A stretch of DNA of 64,000 bases from Camelus dromedarius (Eukaryota): NCBI RefSeq assembly GCF_036321535.1, contig NC_087437.1, positions 116,376,001 through 116,440,000 on the forward strand. Reading direction: 5' to 3'. This document shows, one piece after another, positions 26,333-39,480 of this stretch; position 1 is the stretch's first letter, and every line of letters begins with the position of its first letter. A model generated the notes under the pieces. The model made no database searches and was not told the origin of the DNA. It saw nothing but the letters and a program-made list of their open reading frames with translations. The translations under genes and the position numbers were made by a program.

Positions 26333-28299
26333 CGGTCCAGGCCCCATGCTCGACTCCTGCAGATCCATGGAGCTCGGGGATGGACAGGCAGGCAAAAGCC
26401 TCTTCTACCAAGATGATCAATACATGTACCCTCCTGTCTCCCCAGAACATTCCTGGGAGTGAGGAGGGATGGTACTTGGTGACCAGTTGACGTCTGCATC
26501 ACGGCTCAGTCCCGCAAAGCTGAGGTCCTTTCCCAGAACTTCCAGACACGACCGCCACTCTCCTTCAAGGAGGCACGAGACTGGATCACAGCAGGTGAGG
26601 TCCCTGGCGCCCTCCTCCTGGACCGTGCCTGCCAAGCCCGTGCCACCGTGCATCCAGGAAGAAGACAAGGACCACACTAGGGTTGACTTCCCTCGGTATC
26701 CGCCACCAAAACACACCCCAGTTTGCTGCAAAAGCTGGAGCTACCTTGAAAACTTCCAAGACATCAGCATTCTGAGCAATCTCAGAATTCCACAAGGGCC
26801 TGCAAGAGGAAGACACCGGCACTTCTGGCGTTCCCTTGCAAGAAAACGGTCCAGTTCCTCACAAAACGATTTCATTTCCCAGGACAGAGACCCTCCGCTG
26901 AGCCTGCGGCTTTGCACCCGCCTGAGAGGAAGGACCCAGGAGCCTACCTCATCAGCCGGCTGAGGAATGCGGGAGAATCTCCCAGGGCCCGCGTCTTTTT
27001 TGGAAATGGAAGCCCCTCAGCCAGGCTCTGGGTTGCCTCAAGCTCCCCATCCCCTAGACCCCATCCCAAATCCCTGCAGGGACCGCCTTGAGCTGGGAAG
27101 GTGGCCCCAGAGCCCAGCCAGGAGGGCAAGTGGACGTCAGCTATGGAAGGGGGCACAGGCCTGTGTCAAAGGAACCACGCTTCTCTCTCATGTATGTACG
27201 TACATCTGTCTGTCTGTCTGTACCTGTGTACGTACGTACGTATGCATGTGGGTATGTATGTGTGTGTTTATTTAAATTCAGGAATAACTCAGCGAGAACA
27301 AGAGAAAGTTTTGCTTCTGCACTACCGTTCTCACCTCCTCACTCTGTCTCCTTTGTGAAGCTTGCTGAATCCAGACGGGCATTCCTCGAGCCAGCCCTAA
27401 TCCGGACTCTGCCGACCAGGGCCCAGGCGCGGCAAGCTCTGCTCCTCGCCAGCTGGAAGCCATCCTGGCGCCCTTTGCCCTAAGTGTTGTCTCCCTTTCT
27501 CGCCTCGTCCCTCTCCTCCTCCTTTTCCATCACCATCTCTATTTCTCTCACAATCTCTTCTTTACACACACAGTCTCTCTCTCAAGCGTGCGCACACGCA
27601 CACGCACACATGCTGATGTATTTCTTGCTCTTAGCGCTCCCACCGGGACAACCCTGGCATGTATGGGATCAAATACAGAAGCCATCCGTGTTCCCAGGGC
27701 TGACCCCACAGCTGTTCTGTGTAAACACTGCTGTGTCTGCAGAACAGGATTACCCAGCATGCCTCTCAGTCTCAGAAACACACCCACTTAGTGATCAGTG
27801 GAGACACTATCTGATGGAGAGGCTTTACATGTGTCATACTTACACGCAACGATTAACTTGCCAGGACCCCGGTAACCTGACCCCACGACTGCATTTTCTA
27901 CCGAGGTCCTTTCAGAAGTCTAGGACTTAATCACTTGATGAGGTCCAAGAAGGGCCTGCCTTGGCTTGAATTCCATTTACAGGAACAGAGTTATAGCTAA
28001 TTTGCAAAATCAGAGTTACTGTTCCCACTTTCAAAAAGAAACTTGATGCACAGACGGGAGCAGACTTCTCAGCGCCTGAGAAGGTGAGTCCTGGCACCTC
28101 CCGTCCCCCTGTTTGGCACCCCCAGGCTCACCGCTGACATTCCCGCTAAGGACTCTGACTTGGCACCTTCATCGACACCACACTAGAAGTTGACGCAATG
28201 GTTTCCAACACTTATAAAACATGACAATTAAAAAAACATATTTAGCATTAAAATATATATTGCAAAAAGGGCCTATTCCAGCTGCAACAGAGTGGAAAA

Positions 28300-28490
28300 A
28301 CGCACTGGGTGTGGAGCACAACATCCCTGGTTTACATCCACATTCTGAATTACTCTCAGTGATAATCTGGGTCAGCAGGAGAATGCCTGGGTCTCAGTTT
28401 CCTCATCCATCAAATGGGGACAAGCATTCCTCACAGGGCTGCGTGGAGGACTGACAGGTCATGGATGTAAAAGGGCTTTATACATCATAA
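28300..28490. mobile_element. MIR remnant
   Basis: ctgggtctcagtttcctcatccatcaaatgggga...ctcacagggctgcgtggagga. Confidence 0.7.
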
Positions 28491-29294
28491 ATCACTGAAA
28501 AAAAGTAAGCTGGTCTTCTGACCCTAGGCAGACTATGCAACTTTTAAAAGGAATCATGATTTCTTTGTCCTCAGAGTCTATGTTGTTCTTCCTGAAGGTA
28601 TATGGGGTAGGATATCATAACTGAAATCAACTTTACTTTTCAAAACGGGATCTGATGAACTGCTTCTGCGTGCCAGGGATCAGACAGTCGATGATTCCCT
28701 AGTGCCTTCCACGTGGCAGCAGCATTAACATGGCGAACTCAGGAAAGCTAACATGGATGAGAGACACTGGCGCTTGGTTTTAAGTGTAAGGAGAGGAATA
28801 AACAGCCAATACCCGAAGAAGGGGACCGAGGAGGAGGAGGGGTGGGGAGGGGCGGCAGGCCAGGGAAGCGGATGCATCAGCAAAGTGGATCCTGCTTGGA
28901 CACGCGCGGCACCACCCGGCCACTAGCTGACACTCTGACTCCACAAAAACACCAGACAGCCTTACTTTCCGGGCAATAAAAACCTCAGAGATGAATCCTG
29001 CCACATGTGGGCGAGGCCCCCTCCCACCAAGCCCTCACGCCTGGGAAATGGAATTGAACACCACATCTTCAAAGCGAGTTCTCGGTAAATATACTACTGG
29101 TTTTACAACCTCGATCCTCAGCGCAAACCCCTGGGGAACACATTTTCTCAGCCTTGCCCAAGGGGACCATCCCATAGCATCACTTTCTGAAGTGGGCTTT
29201 GGGAAAGTGCGACCCGTGTCCACTTTGCCTCTTTTAGGGATGGGGAACCAGAGGTGTGTCTGGGAGAGCGGGAGCCGGCGGTCGGTCTCCTTAC

Positions 29295-29512
29295 CTTGAG
29301 CCGTTCACCTGACTGGGGTTACATTCCATCTTGATGGTGACCCTGGCTGGGGGTTGAGACAGCCAGTCCTGCTGAGGAACGCGCGGGCTCATCTTGGATG
29401 TCTGTCCATAGTCGCCGGAGGAGGACGCAGTCATGTCCGTCTTGGCCAGGTGCGGCGTGCCGTAGGCGCACTCAAACAATGACTGGTCCTCACTCACGAC
29501 AGACAACGCTTC
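29295..29512 (-). CDS. ERG: ERG internal coding exon, 218 bp (orthologue of the human exon commonly called exon 4)
   Basis: Translates [72 protein letters not shown](R), near-identical to the ERG N-terminus. Acceptor tctttgggcatgcag|GAA and donor TCAAG|gtaagg. Phase 0 start, phase 2 end. Confidence 0.97.
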
Positions 29513-32386
29513 CTGCATGCCCAAAGAAACACAGAGTCAAGACACTCCGAAGGACAGTCACGTTTCAAAACACTGCTGACATCAGAGTCATTTCCACCTG
29601 GGACCCCATCTTAGGGAATTCGTACGGCATCCGTTTGTACCTTTCGGAAGAATAAAGTAGCTGGCTTTCTTTCCTCCAGACGGTAAGAGTTGGAACTGGC
29701 CAGCCTAGAAAAAATTCTGTGCAGGTCTCCAAACATCCCAGGCCTGGCTGCAGCAGGATGGATCATACCCACTTTAATCTCAACTCAAGGAAGTTGAATT
29801 TCAAAGGTCTTAGAAGACATCCAATTGCAAGTGTCATTATTTGACAAATGCAATCTATAATTCAAGCAGACAGGGTACAGAACGGTCATGAAGATTAAAA
29901 AAAGAAATGTGACGGCTAACACCTTAAGCATATGGCCAAACTGCCACAGTCCCAGGAGAGCTGAAAGAAGTGCTACTTAGGAGAAGAGTGAGGGGGAAAC
30001 GGGGCACAAAGAGGCAGGGGTACGAAGTTTTCCGCTTCTAAGTTATCAGCCGGAAGAGAGTTTCAAGTCGTGTTTTCATGATGGTGAACATCTGGGTGAT
30101 AAATGAACCAAAAAAAAAATATCCAGGTGCCTCCAAATACCAGGATGTTTAAAATATCTGAATCCCTGACTAGCTCCTTCTTCCCCTTACTTTCTGTTCA
30201 TATCTTTGCTCTTTTTTGCATGATTTGGTGAGAAGTCGACATCTGTCATTGTTGGATCATTCTTCTGTGGCTTTAAGTCAAACAAGTGGTGAGCTTACGG
30301 CTGTGCTTCTGTTTTAACGGCCAAATCAGCAAAGGCAAATTTGATCTGGAGATTCCAGCTCCTTGAGTGGTACACTGTGCAGCAACTACACAGAGTAACT
30401 GCGAGACACTCCAGTTTCGGTTTCTATAACGGGGGGTGGAAATCTGTGTGGTAGCTCACGTTTATTTCAGCCCTTTGGTGCCCTCGGAATTGCTGTTGGC
30501 TAGCGAGAAGCAAATGCTGGCTGCGGTCACACATTTTTAAAAAAATGGGAACTATGGAGCCAGTGAGTATGGTAGAGACCTTCCAGTCCAGAGAAAGTCT
30601 GAGATCCAGAAAGGTCCGAGCCTCACGTTGAGATGAGCCACCGAGGATCAGTCAGGGAAATCAGTGACGATGCTGACTAGTGTTTTATCACCTGCTCCCT
30701 CCTGCCCCCATGGCCCACAATGCCCTTCTTACAGTCCTTGGTCTGGGGTGTGTGTCTCCCTTAGCACTCCCTTCTTATTTGAACTAACATTTAAGTAAGC
30801 AAGGATGCTCCCCCTGCATTAGGAAGAGAGCCTCACGAAGCAGCCTTTCTAAGATCGACACCTCCCTCCCTTCCCAGAAGTTTCAGAATCTTTCAGGAAC
30901 ACATGCAACTTCACAAAGCGCCCCCGACCCCTACCCCAGTGCATCCTCCACCACTCCATCCCCCACCTGCCCAGGGACTAACTTCGTCATCGCTCCCCAA
31001 GTACATGAACTTCACCGTGGGGCACCCTCTGCTATGAATCAGTGAAGTGGGGGAGAACCACAAAGAACAAACTCCAAGCTCTGGCTCGCAGAGTGGTGGC
31101 CAGGTGCCCGTGCTTACATGACAACCCTTACCCCACCTCCAACTTCTCTAACGTCCCTCAGAATCACAGCCCTGTGACACTGGGAAAGAGGAAGCTGGGG
31201 GTTTAAACAGTAACACAAAATGTATAGAAGGGTGGGTTGTGTGAGCCAGAGAGCCAGCATCAGGAACAAGAAAGAGAGAGGCGGAAAAAAAGTAAGGCAT
31301 CTTGAACACTCAGCAAAATCAAACACATCAACCAACAGGCAGCAGCCCTGAAGTCCGCTGTGTAGAAGTGGGCGTGGGAGATGTCGGGGCCTGGGTCGTG
31401 AGGCTCTCTCTTCTGGTCACAAACGGAGTGAGGGGACGTAGGGCATGGGCTTAAAAGTAAAATGGGCACCATGGAATTAGTGCAGTCCTGCTAATGAACA
31501 AAGGCAAACGACAGCTTCCTCAGTAAGTTCTGCACAGCAGGGCCTCCCTTCCCATCGCAGCACTGGGCAGAATGGCTTGACACACTCTGAACAAAACACA
31601 GGCTGAAGGCTGCCCCCCTCCTCCTGCCTGGTCCTGCAGACTGGACCAAGGCTTGGAGGGGAATAACATACTATGTAATGTTAGCGTTGGCTCGCCAATG
31701 AAGAGAAACCTGAATAAATATGCAACTTGTATCAGAAATTGGCAGAAACAGGTTGGATGTAAGGGACAGGCTAAGCTGTAAATTACAAATGAGAAAGAAA
31801 ATGGCTTTCACAACAGAAAGCGTCCCAGTGTTGAAATATTAGTCTATCCCCAAGATAACGTAGGGTGTTCTTGCAAACACGTCCACTGACCAAATAAATG
31901 AAGCACACGGTTTTTCAAATGGACCAAAATCCTAGAACTAAAACAAGGCTTCAGTGTGCGTTTGGAGGGGGAGGAACCCATTCTCACATCTGGCAAAGCA
32001 TTATTTCAGCACATGGTTTCCTAAAGAAAGAAATCAAAGTTAATTGAGATCGATTGAGAAAAAAAAATTACAAAAGCCGGAGATAAGGCGGAGTAGGGGG
32101 GACACACATCTTTTCCTCATATCTTAAAATTCTCCTCCAAGTTAATCCTGCCTAAAAATGAGAAAGGCCATGCACTTCAGAATACCGAAAGTTGCTTTTG
32201 TTCACTAGAGAAACAATCGAAAAAATGAGAAAGCTTCAGGAGAAACATCTAATTTCAAAAGGGGTGAAATACAGCCCATATTCTGGATCTAGTACCCCCC
32301 AAAGTGATTCTAAGTAAACCAGTGCAGCCAAACCCCTAGAGTTAAGTACAAGTCAGGAAAAGGAAACAAACAAATAAGCGAACCAA

Positions 32387-32443
<57 letters not shown>
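32387..32443. repeat. Compound (CT)n(CA)n microsatellite
   Basis: Directly visible. Confidence 0.95.
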
Positions 32444-32445
<2 letters not shown>

Positions 32446-35400
32446 CAACTGAGCATACTTAACAACAGGTAAGTAAAAAGACGCTGAAGGGTGGTTTCAG
32501 AGACCTGCTTCGTCAAGGATGATCAATAAAATTAACTGCTGTTCAAAGAAAACAAACGCTAGGGACCCACGGCTCGCCTTTGTTCGCCCACTCGACTCTG
32601 TTACATTACATGCAGGTTTCATCATCCCTTTGGTTCGGGTATGAATGACAAAGGCTGAGGTAGGGGGTTCTCCCACCCCAGCAGCCCTGGGACTTCAAAG
32701 CGGGGAGAGGATCGAGCCCAGGAGGATTAAAACCAGAACGGATCGCTGCACACAGGCTGGTAACCAGGAACACGTGAGTGCCTCCACGCCAGCCCTGCCA
32801 GGGACCCTGCCTGGCCTCGACCGAGGCCGTCCCTGCTTCCCTGCCGCCTGGCTTCCCTCCTCGTCCGTGGTCTCACCTACCTGCCTGCCTACCTGCCAAA
32901 GGTGTTGGCAGATGCCTTATTAACATGTAGGGCTTATTCTCTCAGAACCTTCAACCAGCCGCGGGGCTTAGGAACTGCTTTGGTTGCTTTATAACACAGA
33001 ATTCAAAAAAAAAAAAAAAAAAAGTCAAAACCTGGCAGACACGTGGCAAAATAATTTAATATGCTTGCCTCTACGTTACTATAAAAAGACCTGAACTTTA
33101 GATTGGTGTGTGTTCGCGTGTGGGGGTGTATTTTCTGTAGCTCCAGGAAAAGCTGGGATATTCTGACGTGGCGAGTGGCAGGCTACCAAAGCCATTTCTT
33201 ATGAACTTTTGAGAAACACATAAATTCTAAGCAAATTGCCCCCAAACAAGAGGGACCGCTGTGTTAGTATATGGTGTTTATTATTTCATTTGAATAACGA
33301 ATGCATCAATAACGCATGAGGACTGTGTCTCTGGATTCGGGTCATGGGATAACAGTTGACCGAGAGTTCCAGAAGGTGAACTCAACCAGGTTATATTTCA
33401 TCCTGTGAAACAAAAACACGATTCTATTTTTAAGTAACTAGATTTGGGTACAACAGAGGATCCAAAATGCTTAGATTTTAAAAGAAAATTAAAAGTCAAA
33501 TGCACTTTTAAGCATACTGACATTTCCAGTAAAAGTTTTCAGGGTCTCAAAACAGATGAATTTTTTTTCCATAACAGATGAATATTTTGAGATGTTTCAG
33601 TCAAAAGAACAATCAAGTAAAGAGTCTGGGCTCAATTTTGTTTCTAACTTTTGATTCCCATGGTTCATAAAAATCCTGAAGTGTCCATACAGAGAAACTG
33701 ACGTATGTAAATTTTCATGAAGATCTGGGCATGACAGAGTGTTGAAATGAAGAAAGTCTCAAAGAACGATCAGTTCTCTTTCACAGCGGGAGCCAGGGAG
33801 GCACACGGAGGGAAACGATTCTTAAGTGTTTTTCCAAAATTCAGAGAATGACCAGAGAACAAGAGTACCAAATCGACCTTCAGTTTCCTCAAGTCTTACG
33901 TGTCTCAAACAGTTATGAAAAACAAATGACAAAACTTATAGAAGTCCTTGCAGTCACAAGACAGTGCCCACTTCAGGCAGCCAATGTCATCTTAAATGCA
34001 TTACTTCGGCGCAGAACCAAGCAGAATCTGGTTCATTACGTAACTGCTTGCACTGAGGTGAATGAGGTGCCTTCCTGCCCTTTTCTCTTGACGCGTTAAC
34101 AGCTGATCCATCAAATGATAAACCAGGTACCCTGTGAAGCACTTCACCTGCAGGATCCCTGTAAGTCTTGTTTCACTGATTTTAAGAGACATCGTTGTTC
34201 CCATTTTACCAGCTCTGAAAGCCGGGTGCATCCCACAGCTGATGGCAAGTCATGGGTCATCGGCAGCGTTTCTTCTCCTCTGATGGCAGATAACATAATG
34301 GTTTGTTTTCTCATCAATGACATCTTAAGTTTTGTGAAATATGGTCACCCAGTCCTGAAAATAGCCTGATCAAGTCAGGCGTCATTCCTGCCCCAAAGGA
34401 GAAGTCAGGGCTGAGAAGCAGAGTGATGTCCGTGGGATGACGAGGCAGAAGCCGGGTTCGGGCCGGGGAGTGAACTCACTCCTGGAGGCTGTGCCCTCAC
34501 CACCCTCTGCGTGCCACGAGAAGAAGAGGCTGGACTGAGGGAGGTCAGGCGCACAGTGCTCCACCCCTGTCTCACTATGGCCACGGGAAGAGCACCGCTG
34601 AGAGATGAAACGTCCTAGAAGGGGAGAGGCTGGTGGAGGGAAGAGGTGGGAAAAGCGGGGAAGGGGGGCGGGGGGGGGGAATGCTCAGCATCCCGGTTCT
34701 TAGGATGGAATTACAGCATCAGGAGAGTAAGTGGAAAGCCCGCTGGAAGCTAGGAAGGACCCTTCGAAGTACAACCCGCTCTAAAAGCTATGCAGCAATT
34801 GTAAGAATGAGTATTTCTTACTTAATAATTTAAATCAACAAACCTATTCTTTTCATTGTAGCTAGATGATGCCAATGTACTGGGGTGTGTTCACTGTAGG
34901 TGGATGCCTGACTTCTCCTCGTAAATACAACACAGGAAGAACAGGGCAGGTATAGGAACACCACTGATAAATACACTAGAGCCAGTGCCACTCAGTGTCC
35001 CTAAAGGGATGTCTGCAGACCTAATGATACTGGAAAACTATTCTCTAGGCTGTCTCAAGCCCAACTGTTTGTAGCTTCTCTTCAAGGCAAAGTGCATGCA
35101 GTAGATGCTTCTGGAAAGTCTGCTCCTAATCACATCCAGAGGATAAAAAAGCAACACAAACAAAAAAAAAAACAACAGACCCATGGAAGACCTCTATTCT
35201 GCCATCATTTGCCCAACAACAGGCCAGCCTTTGGAAGTCTATGCTAACAGTGTGGATTTTGCAAGTGGGTGTTGCCAACATCTCATGGACGAGAAGCTTC
35301 ATCTCACCGGTGTCTTTAAGTCACAGAACAAAAAAAGTCAAACCCTGTGAGTTAAAGATGCCTCATCCAGCTGCGTGGGCCTCATTTTTGCCCCTTCTTG

Positions 35401-35699
35401 ATACTGTTTTCCTTTCTTCATTCTTCAGTGGAGGAAACATTAAAATCATACATTAAATGCGGCATCTAGCTTTGTGCTCACGTTTTTCTCATTTAACACA
35501 TTGCTATTTCAGTCCTTCAGAAACACCAAAAAAAATCTTGGATTAACCTCAAAGGAAAAATGTACGTAGGCAAATGAAGTCCATCTAAAGAGTGTATTTC
35601 TCCAATGTGGTATCACTTCAGTATCAAACACGTTTACAACCGCAGGACCAGCCCAGCACTGAGAGAATGAGACCCATGACTGGTGTGTGGACACAAGCT

Positions 35700-36035
35700 T
35701 ACAAATATATTCATATACCTGTGTGCACACACACACACACACACACACACTCATATATGTACACAGTCATATGCAAGTACATGCATATTCATACATACCT
35801 ATATCTGTACACATATGTATCCATATACACACATGCATATTCATATATACACATATATTCATACATATTCATATGCATGTGTACATATGCATGTATATAT
35901 GCATAATTATATTTATATAACATGCATATTCATATACATGTAAATATATATATTCACACATGCATATTCATGCACACCTATATACATATTCATACATACA
36001 AGCATATATATTCATACGCGCGCGCACACACACAC
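35700..36035. repeat. Degenerate (CA/TA)n low-complexity tract with recurring CATATTCATA-like units
   Basis: Directly visible; it produces the His/Ile/Tyr-rich spurious ORFs. Confidence 0.9.
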
Positions 36036-37039
36036 TCATTACTCTTTCTCTCCTTACCCGAGCGCCTTAGAGGACTTTTACCCAGTCCTTATTGGTCAGC
36101 ACACCCACTAGGGCAGGTGGTGCCTAAATGATACAGAGACCCAGGATTCTTCCCTTTTTGCCTTCACTTGTTTCTTCCTTTCTTGTCCTCGAGGGTGCTT
36201 TCCTTGCCCTCAGCTTATCCCTCTAGAAAAGACTGAGCCAGAGATCAGTCCCCTCAAGACCTTCAGTCGAATGTCCCTGCTCTGAACTCACTGGATTTCT
36301 CCTTAACTCTGAGCAGCCCAGCCAGTCCAGGGAACTCTCTTTGCTCACATAATTTGTCCTCCAGCCCCTCCCTTGATTAAGATACGAGCATCTTCAGGGC
36401 AGGATGCTTTGTGTGCTCTGTGTGGTGTGTGCACACGCGCACGCATACGCGTGTGTGATCCTAGCATCCAAATAGCTTCTTGACATCACCTGTCAGTCGA
36501 TGCTTGTATTAACCACAGAGCTAAGTCATGAAATTACATGAATGCCCCATCATAATGCTGTGAGTCTAGAAACGTCTATCACATCAGAATGACAGAATAC
36601 ACACTTGTGAGGTGAACTGAGCCGCCACCGATCAGGAGTTTGGAAGCTAAAGGCCTTGGCACCACGTCCTCAGTCACGTGGCCACAGAGCACGGTTCCCT
36701 TGAATCTACATCGGCTTCAATCGGCTTCAACTAGGGACTGTACGTAGCTAGGGAACATGCGAAATAAATAAGGCTTACTAGAAAATGAGTATTATTACCA
36801 AAGCAAGGAGAGACGCGTTCAACTGGGAAGCAGAAATCCTAGAAATACTGTGGAAGGTGCTTTGAGGAAAAATTTCAAGGAGAGAACAGTTGTGTTCCAC
36901 GTGGTGAAAACTAGATTTAAATGAACCTCAGGAAATTAGAAACCCAACAAACAATTTTTAAACAACTCTTCTGCCTTTCTCAGCTCTATGCACATGTTCT
37001 TTGCAACATTTGAAATGAGCATGAGATAGGGGTGTTGAG

Positions 37040-37377
37040 CCTGGCAATCAGACGGTGCAGGTTCCAGGTACGCAAGGTATCCGGTCCTAGGGCCCCACCG
37101 CACAGCACCGTGTGGCAGGGAGCACAACCCTGTCGTACACGCACAAACTTGCTAAGAGGGTAGAGCCTGTGTGAAGTGTTCCTATCACAAAAATATATAA
37201 AATAAATAAAGACAAAGGAGGAACCTTCTGGATGTGATAGATGCATTTACGGCGTTGCTTGTGGTGATGGTTTCACAGGTGGACACTTATCTCCAAACTC
37301 ATTAAGCTGCACACACTACACACACAGCACGGCCTTTGGTGGGCTGATCAAGCTTGATAAAGCGGTTTTTTAAAAAA
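37040..37377 (+). mobile_element. Old L1 (L1MA/MB-like) 3' end
   Basis: ttgctaagagggtaga...ttgtggtgatggtttcacaggt...caaactcattaag. Confidence 0.7.
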
Positions 37378-37390
37378 GCCAAAAGAAACA

Positions 37391-37775
37391 CCTACATTGC
37401 TACAAATGGCAATATTTCATTTTTTTTTATAGCTAAATAATATTTCACTGTATATACAGACCACATCTTCTTTATCCAGATCTGTTTACGGACACTTAGG
37501 TTGCTTCCACGTCTTGGCTATTGTAAACAGTGCGACTGTGAACACTGGGGCATGTGTATCTTTTCAAACTGGAGTTTTCTCCAGATGTGTGCCCAGGAGT
37601 GGGACTGCTGGATCATATGGTAACTCTTATTTTCAGTTTTTTAAGAAATCTCCTTATAATGAAAAAGAATATGAAAAAGAATATATATGTATAACTGAAT
37701 CACTATGCTGCACACCAGAAACTAACACAACCTTGTTTACTGACTACACTTCAATAAAAAAATTTTTTTAAACAA
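37391..37775 (+). mobile_element. 5'-inverted L1 insertion with TSD
   Basis: Antisense ORF2-end segment (37391 to about 37653) joined to a sense 3' terminus (about 37654-37765). TSD caaaagaaaca at 37380-37390 and 37776-37786. Confidence 0.82.
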
Positions 37776-39308
37776 CAAAAGAAACAATGTGTAAGTGATG
37801 TTAATCGCTTCTTTGTTCTTCTACAAAGAAACACATTTTCCCCCCATAGGCTTCTTTATTTCTTTAGAGATGAACAAAAAGTGTAAAAACACGTGTGGAA
37901 ACATCCTGTTCGTGTGTTTTAAGTTGGAATGAGTGCAAAGAATGCCATCGCCACCCCCTTCACATCTCTGTGCATCCCCCTGCTTTTGTGTGGGGCTGAT
38001 TCTACTCCGGACATTCAATACGTGTGATTGTTTTTCTCATCACTGTCATCGCCTAACACGCAGGGAATATTCATCAAAAGCCTTCATTTTTATCTAATTT
38101 TAATAATTCATTTGAGATGGAAAGATTATTTTCTGTTCACTTTTTATCACCAAATTTCGGATACACAACGGAGAGGCACCAGAATGTCGGAGGCAGCAGG
38201 GTTGTGCACGGCGGCACTGGATTTGTTGGATTCGGGATCAGAAGACCTGAGTTAGAAGCTGCCCTTGCTCCCTGGGCACACGTGTGTATTCAAGTTTAAG
38301 TAGTACCAACTCATCCTTGCTTGAGTGTCAATAAAGGTGGTGTTGATACCAGCTGCCCAGCTCCCACCCAGGGCTGTTAAATGGGCCAAATGAGCCAGTG
38401 TCTGTAAAATTATTTATTGCATTTCAACTATTATCCCCACATGGGAAGTTGACGTGACTGACCTGCCTTCTCCCCGTGGTTCAAGGCAGTGGTCTGGATG
38501 ATCCATCTCAATTCTAACAAGCCAGATGCCAGGCAAAGTACATCATCTCTTGTATGCCATTCTTTGTAAGTCCTAAATTTAAAAGTCAGGTTTCTTTGCC
38601 TAACATGGGGAGGAAGATGGGGTGGCATCTTTTATTGTCAAGAGCACTTAGTCCCATGTGATTTAGCCTTTACCACCCCTGGTCCAGTTCTTAACATGGG
38701 TTTTCACTTGTGAGTCTACATCAGTTTGCTCGATATCAATTCAAGTTTTGTGCAGGAAGGAATCTGGATCCCCTGCTGGAAACTGTAGCCTCAACAGCTG
38801 GTATGTTCCCTGGCATGCTGTTGGCATTTTCTGTAAAATGAGTGGATGAATGGACGAATGAATGAATGAATATACCTTGTTCTTATAATCCCCATCTCTT
38901 TCCCTAGAATTACACATGGCACACAGTGGATGTTCCTCAAACTCCCCAGAAAGGTCTTCTCTTCCAGAATGTGGGATCCAGGATGCTTTTCAGTTTAACT
39001 TTCCCTAAAACCTCGCGGGGGTTTTAATAAACTTGGACAAAGAAGTGTTTCTACTGCAGCCTTGCTAAGAAGCTCAGGGAACTCTTCTACCCTTCTGGTT
39101 TCTGAAGCTTACTTGCCCAGCTTGGGCTGCGGGTGATTCAGGTTCCAAGAAGCACAGAGGACCCTCAGAACGGCACCCCCACACCCGCAAGGTGACAAAG
39201 CCATTTGCAGTTTTCCTCCATTGGAACCAGCCCTCTCTGAACACCAAGGGAGGGACAGTACATTACTCCTCTCACCTGTAGAAGGAGCTCCAAGAAAAAC
39301 AGGCAGCT

Positions 39309-39480
39309 TGAGAAACAACAAGGTCCTACTGTATTGCACAGGGAACTATATTCAATACCTTCTAATAGCCTATAATGAAACAGAATCTGAAAAAGAATAT
39401 ATATACGTATAATTGAATCCCGATGCTGTACACCTGAAACTAACACGACATTGTAAATCAACTCTACTTCAATTAAAAAA
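39309..39480 (+). mobile_element. 5'-truncated L1 3' end with 13-bp TSD
   Basis: aacaaggtcctactgtattgcacagggaac... TSD aaaacaggcagct (39296-39308) and aaaataggcagct (39481-39493). Confidence 0.88.

Larger units (their letters stand above)
13072..29294 (-). other. ERG: ERG intron (16,223 bp, GT-AG)
   Basis: Bounded by gtaagg at 29294 and cag at 13074-13072. Phases of the flanking exons are compatible. Confidence 0.92.

Noticed and set aside
26360..26700. Possible additional ERVL LTR (LTR16-like)
   Set aside because: Resemblance too weak to call without a profile search.
32467..32475. Consensus + strand donor CAG|GTAAGT beside a microsatellite
   Set aside because: Antisense to ERG, with no supporting acceptor or ORF. 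Expected by chance in 64 kb.
35592..36131. His/Ile/Tyr/Thr-rich ORFs
   Set aside because: Translations of a (CA/TA)n low-complexity tract.
36710..36730. 10-bp tandem duplication tcggcttcaa
   Set aside because: Ordinary slippage with no other signal.
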